In this document: piece after piece, positions 12,796 through 26,109 of the stretch
Layout of the letters: every line of letters starts with the position of its first letter
How positions within the stretch are numbered: the first letter of the stretch is position 1
Assembly: GCA_002633005.1 (NCBI GenBank)
Contig: NMRA01000077.1
Span: 1-64,000, forward strand
Source of the DNA: Phoronis australis
Lineage: Eukaryota > Animalia > Phoronida
Length of the DNA stretch: 64,000 bases
Direction of reading: 5' to 3'
Notes under the pieces: generated by a model
Told to the model about the DNA's origin: nothing
Databases searched by the model: none
Seen by the model: the letters and a program-made list of their open reading frames with translations, nothing else
Position numbers and translations under genes: made by a program

Positions 12796-14126
12796 TATTA
12801 TACTCGCAAAGACGAGTTATTGGTTTATAAGGGTTGTCTGTTGTGGGGCTTAGGAGTTGTTATCCCTACTGAACTCAGGAAACAAATTTTAAGTGAACTG
12901 CATTTTGAACATCCTTGTATTTCCCGAATGAAGGCCTTAGAGCGTAGTCATGTGTGGTGACCTAAGATTGATAAATCAATTGAGGATGTTGTTAGTTCGT
13001 GTGATGCGTGTCTGCATTCACGCAATGCTCCTTCCTGTTATAATTTGCCTTGGCCTCGTTCGACTAGAATTTGGAAACGTATACATATAGATTATGCTGA
13101 AAAGGAAGGACAGTGCTTTCTTATTATAGTAGAGACCTATTATAGATGGCCTGAAGTTTTCGCCATGAGTAGTATTACTGCTGAAAAGATTATTGACATT
13201 CTCAGACGTTTATTCGCGGCTTATGGTGTGCCGGAACAAGTAGTTTCCGATAATGGACCTCAGTTTACGTCGGCTAATTTTCGTACTTTTCTTAAGTTGA
13301 ATGGCTCTAAACAAATTTTCGTACCTCCTTACTATTCAGCCCCAAATGGCAGTACAGAAAGAGGGGTTCAGACTATTAAGCAAGCTTTGTTCCTTCTGAT
13401 TCACTATAACAAAGCATACAGTACTCTTAATCACAGGTTATGTACTTTTTTGATGAGTTATCGTAACCCACCACACAGTGTCTCGGGTAAAACTCCAGCG
13501 GAGTTATTTTTGAAACGAGAACCCAGAACTCGTTTTATCTTGTTGAAGCCAGCCCTACAGAGTCTATTGAATGCCTATACTGTAGATGTTAGCAGTAAAT
13601 TGAGAACTTTGGTGGAAATGTTTCAACCTGTTTTGGTAAGAAACCTCAATAAGGACAGAGAGAAGTTGATCAAAGGTAGTATTGTGAAAGTGTGTGGAGC
13701 ATTTGCGTATCTGGTTAAGGCCCAGGTCAAAGTTAGATTTTCATCATCTGATTGGTCTTTCAGATGATGTGAAGGTAGATGACGAGTCAATGTCAAGTCA
13801 GTCAGATGAAACCGAATTGCCAGTTCCTGTCTTTGGACACAGAACCCAAAACAGTTGTGGAACCGTCAAATTTGGACATTCCTGTTGACTCCTCATCCAC
13901 AATTCCTGTTCCCACAACAGAAAGGACTCAGGGTGATGTTACTGCTGGTGTTTCGAACTTGCCGTTCATTGTACCCACAGTAACCCCAGTTGCTGTACCA
14001 TTACGTCACAGTGCACGAGTCCCTAAACCCCCATATCGTTTGACATATTCCAAGTGAGTTATAGATTCGTGAACTGTGCTGTTGTTAGTTTTTGTTTTCG
14101 ATTTCCTTCAAATAAGTGTGGGGAAA

Positions 14127-14302
14127 TGTTGTGAACTGTTAAGTGGCTGTCACTAGCGCCACGGTCAATGTTATGAGTTAGTGGGTTATCTATCTCCCCT
14201 GGACTGTGACCCAATTTCATGAGTTACCCACAATTCTGTGTGTCCTGTTCCTGTCTCGGTTTCTACATTCAGTTTACTTTAATCCAACGACATCTGACCA
14301 CA
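14127..14302 (+). repeat. 3' LTR of Gypsy element
   Basis: tgttgtgaactgttaagtggctgtcactagc...catctgaccaca, preceded by the PPT aagtgtggggaaa. Confidence 0.9.
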
Positions 14303-14324
14303 TTATATACTATTGTAATATATA

Positions 14325-14470
14325 TTACTGGGGGAGAAAGCCCCACACACTTCCCAGTCGGTCGCTTTATCGTTTCCCAAATGTGGCGCCACCTGTTGAA
14401 ATTTCCTGGCTATGCCAGTGATGATAGTATCAGGTTCTGTACAAACTACAGAAAATTTAATGCTAGTGTT
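14325..14470 (+). pseudogene. Short fragment of a second Gypsy RT
   Basis: SLYRFP and DDSIRFCTNYRKFNA resemble the RT N-terminal PYR.P / DGSIRFCVDYRKLN motifs. Confidence 0.5.
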
Positions 14471-14599
14471 TTACTATGAAAAGGATGGCTATGGGAGAGG
14501 AAAGGGTTAGATGCATAACGTAGCTGTAGTGAATCTTCGGTGATTGGGCGCCTGCTATTCAGTGAAGCCCACTAAGGAACAAGTTGAGACCAGTTACAT

Positions 14600-14950
14600 A
14601 GTGGTAAATAGTCCATATAAAAATAGAGCATGTTTAAAAGAAAGGTTATTCATAGAATCCTTGAGGACTTTAATTCCGATGGAATCTGGAAGCCAGATGA
14701 CAAGTCTGAACGATAGATCTGAATACAACTAGTTACTTTATAGGATGCTACATTGTTCATTTCACACTCCTTGTGCTTTCAGTGTCCCCTTCTAAGATAT
14801 TTCCCATAGCGCACTGCCATAGAAGGTGTTTACTGAGTAAAACACTCACTGGGTGATTTTTCACCTTCAGCTTCCCCATAAGAGGGTGTTTCTTTAGTCT
14901 GGCATAATCCTCTATCAAAAGAAGCATGTTCCACTTGAAACAACAGGTGT
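14600..14950 (+). mobile_element. Possible Penelope-like element 3' fragment
   Basis: RACLKERLFIESLRTLIP resembles the GIY-YIG C-terminal R..KE..WI..L.TL.P motif. Confidence 0.3.
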
Positions 14951-15019
14951 GTGTATTTTTAATGTTTCCTAGTTAGAAAATTCTTTTTGACAACATTGGG
15001 TCCTCGCGCCACGTCTACG

Positions 15020-15158
15020 CCTGAAATTTCCCGCGAAGGTGAACAATATCTGCGTGTAATATGTGACAAGTCAAATGACTTAAAATTTTTAGAGTAAGGG
15101 GCTGATTGAAGTTCGCACCCGTGCAGATACCGTTCACCACATAGGGGAAATTTGAGGC
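15020..15158. repeat. Imperfect inverted repeat (fold-back/MITE)
   Basis: cctgaaatttcccgcgaaggtgaacaatatctgc approximately matches the reverse complement of gcagataccgttcaccacataggggaaatttgagg. Confidence 0.5.
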
Positions 15159-17072
15159 TACGATATTAACCGAGGTGTAGCGAATGCCCTTTCAAGTGAA
15201 AGTTATCAATGCTTGCGCTAACTGAAGTCGTGCGGCCAATCAGTCTCCACTTTGAAAGTCATGTAACTTGCCATACAACTGAATTTGCGCACGCACAGGC
15301 TAAATTCACCTGTGAGGGGCAATTTTAGACCACAAAATTACCCAGTCTGTTCCGAATGGCAAGGGTCGTCGAATTGTGCGGGAGCCCTAGTTCGACAGAA
15401 GGCAATGGGAAGCAAAGTTTATGCTGACGGGGGTAGCTCGAGAATTTTGGTGATCTGGAGGGTCGAAAATTGTGGTGTGCTGGAGAGTGAATACTTTGTC
15501 GACCTGGAAGAGATGAATTTAAGGGGCAGTTCAAATTAGCAGTGCCCTGTAGACTTCTGATAGCTCAGGGCCTTGGAAATATAAATTTGAGTACCTTCCT
15601 TCATCACTTCCACTCACAGAATAAACAAACCACAGTGATTTCCATTATTGATTATTTTAATGTTTCGCTGGTAACAAGACTTTGTTTTCCATCAATACCT
15701 TAATGAAAAAAAAACTATTTCTAAGACAGTAAAACTGTGACAGTGCAGCGTGAGTGTCCAGCTGTGTAATTCATGGATACCAACTGCTGTTACTGTTCTA
15801 TTGTACTAGACTGGAGAAAGCAACTGAAGTGAAAAATAAGAGTCCAGTCTAAATTCATGTTTATGTTTCTTATAACGAGTCGGTAATTACATTTGTTGCA
15901 CCTAAACTTGTTGATAATATCGCAACTTAAATAGGTATCATCACCAGAGTGATTCGACGTTTCCTTTACATGATGTGTTTATTATGCAAGCACGCTTGCG
16001 CCTACTTCATAGATAATGCGTACACATATAAATATGTGGGCGCATAATAAAAATTGCCAGGTGCCAGCCAATGAAAACAGCCGTTACATTAAGCTGCACC
16101 GATGGTTTCAAAGTGTGAGACCCCAAGAACCAAGTTATCATGGCACGTACCGAGTTCACTAGATTGATCGCGTGGCGCTCAAGCGATCAAGCTACGGAAC
16201 ACTGTGTAGATTTTTGAGCGCAAAAGTAAGATAATACACGCTTATGTTGGCTTATGTAGTAAATAACACACTTCGCTACTGCCCGAGACCTGGGACACGT
16301 TTCATGAAAGCTGACTTCAATCTTACGACTTAGGACCGAAAATCGGGTTAAGTTAAGGCTGAAGACGAAAATTCTGAAAAGATCGGTTCATGAACACAAA
16401 ATCCGTTGTTGATCTTCGTTCTTGACTTTACTCCTTTACTCCTTTTACTCGAGTTTGGTAGTGTCTGAGCATACAAATTACGCTTTGGCCACCTGTCGCG
16501 AATTCACAAAACTAAACGAGGCTGTGGGTGAAATGCGATTTCAAGAATGATCATGTCCTTAAATTTCTAAGTGGGGGTTTATTTACAAAATTTTCACCAC
16601 AACTAGGATTTCCCTTGCTTGAGAATATCCTGATATGGCTGGAAAATGTCATTTCAAGGGTGCTGATAAGTCGCATTGCGTTGTCTCTACGTCCTTTGTC
16701 AGTTCTCGAATTGAAAGCAGGTCATTTTCAATTTGACATTGTTTAGAGACAGTAGATTGTGAAAAACATTAGCGAAATTTGTTCTTAAACAGTTTACAGT
16801 AATGATAGTCCTAAGTTTTGGTCATTTAGACCAATAACTGAGATAGGGGTGAGGGAAAGCTGAGACCAATTTTACAACGCTAAGTTGTAGATAAGAATCC
16901 ATTTCTAAATATTTCTGCACGGTATAAGGCAAATCTTTCTACTCGACGCTACTCGTTTGTCTAAGAGCTCTTTTAACTGATGTATGAATTCTTTGTCACA
17001 AATGAAGACCGTCGCAGATGCGCAGACTTGGGTCATTGCCAAAGATTTTAGTTTACAAAAGTGGCCGCAGTG

Positions 17073-17293
17073 TCAAATTATGAAGTATATTAGAAGCGAG
17101 AATCCCCACAGCCAGTTGAACCTCGCTCGTGCGCTTCCGTTCTCGTTGCAGTATTCCGTGAAGCAACAGTCAGTACATATCCAACTTGGTTTATTTTTGT
17201 CGCAGGGATGAGTCAGCCGTGTCTGATTGATTTGTCGATAACATGCTTCTTTCTTACTGCACCGTTTGGTAATGAACATCTTTTCACTTACGT
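17073..17293 (-). CDS. Ly6/uPAR (three-finger) GPI-anchored protein, exon 3 (terminal)
   Basis: Acceptor ttttcattgcag|AC, phase 1; encodes DVSEKMFITKRCSKKEAC...CTDCCFTEYCNENGSARARFNWLWGFSLLIYFII* with the CCxxxxCN motif and a hydrophobic tail. Confidence 0.9.
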
Positions 17294-18946
17294 CTGCAAT
17301 GAAAATATGAACCAGTAGTAGCACGCACTCAGTGAAATATATCCATACTGCAAGGTCTGTCTCTTTACTATAATTTTAGCAAATGCCAACTTGTTATGAT
17401 CTCCGAAATAAGTGAAGAATTACCGCAAGTCAAGACAAGCAACCCCAATTTGCATCAGCTAATTATATTCTCAGAAGCAGTCCATCGTGGAATTTTAACA
17501 GACAAATGGTCTAGCACCGGCTACTTAATATCTGAATTTATCGCAGACTCTGTGACTCGTTTAATTTCAGTAATGAGGATGAAAACTAATGAGTAATATC
17601 AGTTATTGTGGAAGCATCTTTGATAATCTTTTTTTGTTTGTACCGCTAACGGCTATGGAAAACATGGCCATATGTAGACAGGCACCATTTCGATCACCGA
17701 TTTCTCTAACTTGAAGGTATGTGGACCATATCTAGATTTCATGCTTTGCAAGAAGAGCAGTTTTGAGCTTCATTACTACTTGGGAGATTTTTATAAAAAA
17801 AAGTATTTCTAAACATGTGATCGGAGGAATTCACTCAGGTTGATTAGAAGACCCAGTAGGCCTATGGACTGATCTCTTGCCCTTTGCAAAGGTAGAAAAA
17901 TGCAATGTAGGCCTAGAGCTGACCTAGATATACACAAAAATAACATACTGTAAATAATAATAGATAACAAAAAGTATAACTAATTTAAAAACGTTTTTAA
18001 ATACGAAAAAATAACAGGTAATTTGAGCCGTTTTGGGTGTCACACTTCAGTCGTTTCTAAAGTAAGGATGAGCCTATTCACTCGAAGATTCGACGTTTTA
18101 CTACCAGCTTGTTGCATTCTTCACCAAGCGCTGACCTCGACTGAGATCTATGGCATCATAGATACTCGTAAAGAGATTCGCGACTCCGTCAAATCTCGCG
18201 GCCTGACGCAAAAGTACGTGAGCAAAATTTCCGATCTCAGGGCGTAGTATACATGTAGTAAGCAAGGTAACGAAGGTTTTTATTTCGCGTACTTCAAGGA
18301 AATTTTTGAGTTTGAAACTAATTTGGTGTGTATAATGCAAACTAGATCGCGTCTGCCAGCCATTCTAATCGGATTATTGCTACGAAACGCGCCGGAACTA
18401 ACTTGACAAGTTGTTGTTGATCGGCCTGAATGCTGCGACAGTTCAACACAAGAATCGAGGCGGTTGGCCCAGTGAAAAGGCCGAGTTAATTGAATAAATG
18501 TTTTCATCTAGTTGAATTCGCAGTCGTTTAGGATGAAATTTAGTTTGCATCTTGTGATTTTGTAGGAATTTTGGCTCGACCTAAATGTAATAGTTTCTCA
18601 TTCGTCACTACGTCTACAATTATACATAAGCCATAGCAAACCAATATGGCCAAAATTCAGCAATAGCGAAAGTTTGCCATTTTTCATGATATTCAGAAGC
18701 TCATATCTTTTAGCATACAAAGTGGTGGAAAATGAAAGATATGTTAACGAAATAATTAATCTTTCTTCTTTCTATTGATATCCCTTTCAACATATAGGAG
18801 CATTGATGAATGTTTTTGAAAATCGAAGTATTGCAATTTTTCACTCACAGGTAAATTCTAGTGACTTATACTATAAAGTGTGGAAGAAGATCAACTTTCA
18901 GTTGCTAAATGGCCGTTACTGAAGCGATTTTAATGATATGTTTATC

Positions 18947-19100
18947 CAGGGGGAATCCAGGACTTTGTGTTAAGGGGACCAGGGCAGAGTATTAGCCAAG
19001 ATTTTGCTCTTCAGACATTCTCACTCCCGAATTGCTAAATGGAATCGGAGAATTTTTTTTTGGCATGGCCCACTTGCCCCCCCCTCTAAATCCGCCACTG
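18947..19100. mobile_element. Short GC-rich-TIR MITE with ~5-bp TSD
   Basis: Ends CAGGGGGAATCCAGG / CTAAATCCGCCACTG; flanks TTATC / ATATC. Confidence 0.65.
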
Positions 19101-22100
19101 ATATCAAAATGTTTGCTAAAAATGATGCCTTAAGTGTACACTTTTTATTTATTTTTTGATAAAAGTATGAGAAAACGTTTTAGGTAATACCTTGTCAGTC
19201 TCTCACCTGGTAAAATCCTGAAATTGTAGCCCCAACGTCACAATTACTAATCACGTCCTAATCCATTCCTTATCCGTTTTTCCCTTCATCTCACCATTTC
19301 CATTTAGGAACACTTCCAAAAAAGGTAAATTCAGTCATTTTTCAAGAATAATGTTGACCTTTCCAGGGTTCAAACTAAACTCAAACTTGATCAAATGTAT
19401 TAAACAGAACCAGTCAAAACTTCTCTAAATTACATAAAGTGGCCAAATTGGTGAAATATTTTCATTAAAATAGCACAGAATATTTTTAAAATTCAATTTA
19501 TCTTCAGTTTTGGGTATAGATTTAGTCTTTTCTATTTTATTAAAAAATATTTTTGTTACTTTTCTACCTCCTGGTGGTGCAGAGATCAGTTTCATTAAGA
19601 AAATACATTTTGCATTAACATAATTGTTTATTCAAATGCTGCAGTGCATCAAAACCGTTTAGAATACGAGTATGCATTCTTTGGATGGTCACCAACACAA
19701 CACCTCTCAATTCCTATATTATTTGACAAGAATGAAATTGATTTAAATTTCGTTGAAATTTTAGGGTCTAATTTAGTTTTGAACATACTCATTTTTCATC
19801 ATATGGTGTGTAACTTAAGATTGTGTAAACATTGATCTTACTTGGGGAAAAAGAATAATTCATATAACCTCAAAGATTTTTAAATAAACGGCAAAATACT
19901 CTGAAAAAAACTAGGTTTCTGTTTTTTGCTCTTTTTGAACTCATTTGTTACACAAGTTTCATTTCTAGAATTGTTTTAAAATATTTTTGAACAAAATAAA
20001 TATTTTCACAGAACCATAGAAATTCTTGAAGTGTTTTGTCATTTTCAAAGTGGTTTGGTGACGATGCCATGTTTTAACCTACTTGTTTTAGGAACACAGT
20101 AAGCTATGGATTCCCAGATGTTGTCTAAATTTGCCATTTTTTGTGGCCTGAAATTCTTGGGTGCTGTTTGCTGAAAAAAGGCTATTTTTAGCCTCTAAAA
20201 ATTAAATAACTCGAGAGCCGCCTAAACGATTTAAAAAATTCAAGAAACTTGGGTAAATGGCACGTCTAAAGCTACCATTTAAGACTATTCAAGTGTTTCT
20301 GATGAAATTTGTATTTGGTTTGCTCTGACAGCTCTATTTTGTAAAACATAGTATGCAAAGGGTGTTTTTGTATTCCCTCTCAGAAATGTAAACAACACTT
20401 TATGTAGTGCTAATACGTTTTTTCCTGTTTGTCATTGTAAAAATCAATTCCACTCTATATTTGTGTTACTTGCCTATCTTCACTTAACAATTGTAAAGTA
20501 AGGCAGTGAAATCCCAGACCCCTGCCGGTAACTTACTCATTGGAAATTGGAATATAAAAAAATGAAAAAAAATGTCTATTTTGTGCGTGCTGCGCTATCT
20601 GATAACCACTAAAAATACGGTTGACAGAAAACATTTCATAACCTGAATCTTTCCCTCTCATGATCTCTGATTTCAAATTTGGTGGTACATGTATTTTGTT
20701 TCAGTTGGTGGTTTTTCTTCTGCAGACAAAAAACTGCATTCCCTTCACCGTGTATAAAGTAGAAAAACTTAATATATAAAAAATGTACTATTCAAGTTTC
20801 CTTGCGAGCATTGAATATCTGTTGGCGTCACAAAACCCTAATGGAAATGACAATGCCGATTGGTCCTTCTAAATTTTGATTTCTTCAGTTCAATAGCAAG
20901 TTATCTCTCCACTACTAAAGTGAATATTTACGCTACGTGCGATACTGGAATTTAGCTCAGTTTTTTGTTTAAAAAGCCATAGAAGAGTCTTGGGGAAAAG
21001 TTCACTTTTACAAAATCACGTTCCAGATAAAACTCTTAGTACCATATTACTTTACAGATATTCTATGTATTCGTGATATTTACAGCCTATCCTTTTTATT
21101 TAGAGGATGTTCACACACTGAAAGCGAGAGATGGACATTAGGTTTTATTGAACATGCTTACCTTCATAATCAAAAGAATCACTCGTCAACATACCGTGGA
21201 GAATACGTCAAATCAGTCGACATGGAGAGCACGATGTGCTGCGATTGAAAATATTGGGAGTCCATTTTGATTTCATTCAAGAAGCCCGTTTTGAATGAGC
21301 AGCAAACAGGCTCATGCTGCACTTATTTGCGCGACATTCTTGTTACTCTCTCCATTTGCAAGTCTTTGCAATGTTTCACACCTGCTGTGTCCCATTGTGT
21401 ATTTTACTAGATTTTTCTATTTGGTGGTATTACTGCGTCATTTTATTTCCACTTGAGAATGAAACAAATATGCTTCGAAATATCGTTTGTCTTTTAATCA
21501 TGTCTCTTGGTCAGAATCTTTGTCAATGTTCTGTGTCGAACTTTGTTCCGAGGATACGAATGGTATGGAATAAAGATTGTTAACAGCAACAAGTGTCGTG
21601 TATCGAACCAATTTTGCATCATCGTAACTTTGTTTAGAAGTTGCCTTACAATGTACTTTTGGCCTATGATAGTAGTGGCAGCAAGTTGTTGACACTCAGG
21701 TTTTGAAAATGGTATGTCAATGTTAGTTAGCCTTTGACCCTTCCCCCTGGAACAAAGCTGTGTGAATTACACAAATATTTATTATTAAACATTGTTACAG
21801 ATTCATTTTTGTTGGTTAATACTGGTGCTTATAATTATGAGCTGATTCTTACACGGTACTGAATTTAAACCAACACTAATACTACTTGCAGCAAAAAACT
21901 GTGTAAACACGGGGAATTCAGCTGAAGACGTTCCTGGCGTTTATAACTCATAACATGTCTCGATTACCTTGTGAATGTTTTAAATGACATTCTATTTTTA
22001 CAAGTCTTAAAAACTATAAAAATCAAGCAATTCGACTCATTAACTAAATCTTGAAACAGGGAACGACCACTCCGTAAACCCGGAAGTTTTCTATCCTGCC

Positions 22101-22372
22101 TGTGCATCGCCCTCTCAACGTTAGTGGTTATTTCCCTTGGTTCGCAACATGCTCCACACCCGACGGGAGTTGGTAGTCTCTATTTATAGTCTATGATGGC
22201 ATTCACTCGGCTCATTAGCTTAGCATTCCGGTTACTACTATTAATAATATGACGTTACTAGGTCCAAATCTGTGAGACTATGAGATGGCACTGAGAGGGT
22301 TTGATTCGTCGCTGTTTCAAAAAAGCAAGAACAAGCGAAATGTAATCGAGCTATAGCGACAGGTTCCATTAA

Positions 22373-22610
22373 TATGCGCGCACCCAACCTTTAATATGGG
22401 GGAGGGCTCGAATCTCTGACAAAGTGGACCTCTTGCTAAAAAAAGCAGGAGTACCACCTTCAGGTCTGTGAACAGTGCGTCTGTGCGTTTTTAGTGGACT
22501 TTTGTCTCGTTTTCTCGGATTTTTTGTTTCTGCGAGGCGGACCTTTTTACCCACTTCGCTAAATGGGGGGTTCATACGAGCCTCCCGAGTCCCCCTTGGA
22601 TGCGCGCATG
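22373..22610. mobile_element. MITE with 5-bp TSD
   Basis: Ends TATGCGCGCACCCA / TGGATGCGCGCATG; ATTAA duplicated on both sides. Confidence 0.75.
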
Positions 22611-23404
22611 ATTAATACCTACAGGAAGTTGATTTTGTTAGAACTAGCACGCTCAACAGGTATTTTGCCCCTTCACGAGAACTTCTTTTGATTGATATCT
22701 ATTCATTCACAGAATCTGGGGGAACATTTAGATGGATCTCCTTTTGAGCTTATATTGTATTCTGTAACATTATTGTATTTTCGAAGACAGAATATTGTCC
22801 TACCGGCCATATTCTGAAGCTTCTGAAATTTATATAATGTAATATCAGGTACTCCAAAAAGGAAGCTGACTTGCCATTATCCAAATTGTTCATTATTACC
22901 GGAGCGTTGACTAGGTGATTTTTTCGAATGCATTTGATAGTGAACTTTTAAACCAGGGCATTTGATATGGAATAATACGCATGGTATGAGAGTAACAAGG
23001 TTATTCGTGGAAAAAAGGAAGTATCCCTTTAAAAACGATTCTTCTGAAGTCCAATGCGGTTGCCTTCGGATTAAGTGAGGCTGTGAAACCAACATCCGGT
23101 CCAATACGCGAACACTAAAATTACATCGGCTGTCACTTTGAGCTTATAATAAACTTTCGCCATATTTGACAAATAATCACGATTCCAAAGAACAGACAAC
23201 TTGTGTGCACGACAACAACTGCACGATTTAGTAAGCTTGAAAACCTGTACCGACCCTAAAACTGACTGGGTGCAGGTATTGCACGTGTCCAAAAATTGCT
23301 TTCGCATTATATCTAGGTCCTCAGTCAGTCTCTTGCATGCATTCACAAATATTTAAGACCAAGCTCAGAGAAGCGGGATTCAACCAACTATGCTCTATTG
23401 TCTG

Positions 23405-23478
23405 CCAGTGTTAACCAAGATTTGAACGAAGGTCTCTCAAACGTTAGCCCGGGGATCATGCCACTGAATCACACCGTC
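23405..23478 (-). mobile_element. Degenerate tRNA-derived SINE head
   Basis: A-box-like TGATTCAGTGG and B-box-like GTTCAAATC at tRNA-like spacing. Confidence 0.4.
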
Positions 23479-23843
23479 TTCCTTACCTAGTGACACTTTC
23501 GCGGGCTAACTGGCATGGGTAGTTGATTGTAATGCCCGAAGTAACGGTTCGAAGCACAACATTTTATACAAAGTCACCTCTGGGCTTGGAATTGTTGTGC
23601 GCTTTGTACGAAATATTGTGTTCAAATGAATTTCAGCCTAGGAAAATATTCCGTGATTAGGTCTCACATTAACAGGAAAGGGAAGACAATTTGTGTCTCA
23701 CGTATCTTCACTAGTGTGTGCATCCCCTGAATGCTCTTACACAGTTGTTATGCCAAGGTTGATTTGGTCAGAAGAACGCCTAGTGACCAAACGTGCTTTC
23801 ACAATGTTTCGCGTTACTACCCTCACGAAATGAACCAGAATAC

Positions 23844-23972
23844 CTGAATATTCGGTGGTTGTCATACACGTGTCGTATCCTTCCTTACACGGTTTCAGAC
23901 CATCATCATCATCCAAGCAATTGGAGTTAGACATCTCTCGGTTGCAGACATAGCATTTTAGGGGCTCGGTAT
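23844..23972 (-). CDS. Ly6/uPAR protein, exon 2
   Basis: Acceptor ttacag|AT and donor CAG|gtattc; 129 bp, phase 1-1; encodes (D)TEPLKCYVCNREMSNSNCLDDDDGLKPCKEGYDTCMTTTEYS. Confidence 0.9.
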
Positions 23973-24726
23973 CTGTAATTTGGCGAGATAACAATTGAAT
24001 TTTGGCTGCGTTATGTAGAGCAAGTTTCTTGTGAAAAGACGAGACAACACAAGGCCACACAAAAATCATGGGATTGAAAGGCGAGTGTTTCGAGAGTAAT
24101 ATCGAAATAAAATTGACGTACGTTATAACAAAACGTCTGCAGTTGAAGTGATTGGTTGGGGAGGCTGAACTAGGGGATCTAATTTATTATTTTGTTTCGG
24201 TTCTATAAACAAAGATTTCTCTAATCGTAAGTGTAAGGTCATTTGTTTTTAGTGACAATGTGTTCAAAATAAACACCTAAACTTCAAGTGTAGAGTTCTG
24301 TTAATGTTCGTCATAAGTCCCGCAAAACTATTAAGTGCGTCACAAGTTCCGTGGATAACAGCAGATCTGAAAATAAGCTCTTTATTTAAAAGAGATGAAC
24401 ATGTCAATAAATTATGCGAAATCATGGGTACTATAAAGCAACACAAGAGTTTCTGATAGTATGTGCCTTGAGCTAACAAACAGAAGCAAACGGTGTATCT
24501 TTTACAAAGAAAAATAGTTGAAGTGAACCTCTTTCTGAATAATTTTGCACTACTCCTCTCCGATATCTACTCGTGCGTGTAATTTAATGGTGATTGGTAA
24601 ATAATTTTCAATCAGAAATCAGAATGTTTATGGTATGTACATGTAGGCCTTCACATCATAATACAGTTTACATTACAACTTGACAATGATAAAATTTCAG
24701 CTCTTAGCACCATGGCTCTTGAAGAA

Positions 24727-26006
24727 CGAGGGACGTTCACTAAGTTCTCGGCCTTACCAAGAAAACAAACGCAGGTTAAATTTTTTCACATCACAGTAAA
24801 ATTTCGTCTTTTATAAGAGTACTGCGTTAATGCTGAATTAGTACGGTCAACTGCCGCTAGGTGGCGCTGCTTTCGGCGACAACACAGTTAACAGCATGGA
24901 GATAAAGGAGACGAGAGCCGTCATAGAATATTTAGGTAAAAAAGGTATCAAACCAAAAGATATTCATGAAGAGATACGAAAAACACTCGGAATATACTCC
25001 CGAGCTACTCCATAGTAAAAAAGGGTCAGCTTGTTTCAAGAGGGGTAGAGGAAGCGTTGAAGGTGACCCTCGTCCAGGACCTCCCAAATTATCAACCTCC
25101 AGTGAAAATGTGCAGAAAATTCATGCAATGGTTATGAAAGACAAGCGAATGACTGTTCAACATTTGGCAAACACTGCTGGCATCAGCAATAGGTCCGTCT
25201 GTAAAATTGTGAGTGATGATTTGGGCATGAGAAAGTTGAGTGCACGATGGCTGCCAAGAATGTTAACTCAGAATCAGAAAATGAGCAGAATCCAAATTTC
25301 AAAGGAACTTCTAGGAAGATTCCAAGCAGATCCAGATAAATGTTCCAGAAGACTTGTAACCCAGGATGAGACATGGGTCCACCACTTTGATCCGGAATCA
25401 AAACAACAAAATAAACAATGGAAGCACGCCGGTTCCCCAAGCCCGAGAAAGTTCAAGTTGGGTGCCTCTGCGAGGAAAGTTATGGCCTCTGTGTTCTGGT
25501 ACAGCGAAAGTATTCTGACGATCGACTAATTGCAACGAGGATACACTGTTACTGGGAATTACTACGCATCACTTTTTGGAAAATCTCAAAAAAGCAATCA
25601 AGGAAAAGAGACGTGGGAAATTTCGGGAAGTACAGTAGTGCTGTTGCTTCAAGACAACGCACCTGCCCATACTGCCCAAATTGCTGTGGCTGAAGCAAAT
25701 AGATGTGGCTTTGAAATCCTTCCGCCTATTATCCAGACCTGGCCTCGTCTGAATTTTATTTGTTTCCACATTTGAAGGCCTACCTGCGTGGACGCCAGTA
25801 TGTGAGCGATGATGACGTCATGAGTGCAGTGGAGGAGTATTTTGAGGGGCTTGACAAAAGTTTCTTTTACAAAGGCTTTGCAGAACTGGAGCACAGATGG
25901 AAGAAATGCATTGATGTAACGGGAGATTATATTGAAATATAAAAGTCAAAATTAGTTGCTATCGCGTTGTTTTCTGGGTGAGGCCGAGAACATTGAACGA
26001 CCCTCG
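24727..26006 (+). mobile_element. mariner (DD34D) DNA transposon, full length (1280 bp), defective
   Basis: TIRs CGAGGGACGTTCACTAAGTTCTCGGCCTTACC / GGTGAGGCCGAGAACATTGAACGACCCTCG followed by TA. Confidence 0.93.
24896..25942 (+). pseudogene. mariner transposase with frameshifts and a stop
   Basis: MEIKETRAVIEYL, WLPRMLT (WVPHEL-type motif), VTQDETWV, QDNAPAH, YPDLASSEFYLFPHLK and RWKKCIDVTGDYIE. Confidence 0.92.
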
Positions 26007-26109
26007 TATATATCGCGAAGCTCTTTAGTCCACAAAGATCATGGCTTTGAAATATCCTAGTCTGTCATAATCTGCCACGTTCATCAGCAAATTTCTGCAC
26101 ACACCACCA

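Larger units (their letters stand above)
9371..14057 (+). pseudogene. gag-pol polyprotein (Gag, CCHC knuckle, protease, RT, RNase H, integrase) with many stops and frameshifts
   Basis: MSLIGNIGTF; CHYCKKFGHYEKQC; FILGTQADITIVS (protease); FSKIDSRQAYLQL and YLDDI (RT); SCDASE...EREALSI (RNase H); RIHIDY...VSDNGPQF...NGSTERGVQT (integrase). Confidence 0.92.
9135..14302 (+). mobile_element. Ty3/Gypsy LTR retrotransposon, full-length but decayed
   Basis: 5' LTR 9135-9306 and 3' LTR 14127-14302 (TG...CA); PBS-like taggcgacgagg after the 5' LTR; polypurine tract ending at 14126; flanks gtatat/ttatat. Confidence 0.93.

Noticed and set aside
23071-23346. ORF with DTCNTCTQ...FKLTKSCSCC resembling the Ly6 exon 2/3 junction peptide (possible retrocopy)
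   Set aside because: No convincing nucleotide similarity to the exons, no LxCxxC start or CCxxxxCN end; lies downstream of a SINE head, so probably chance
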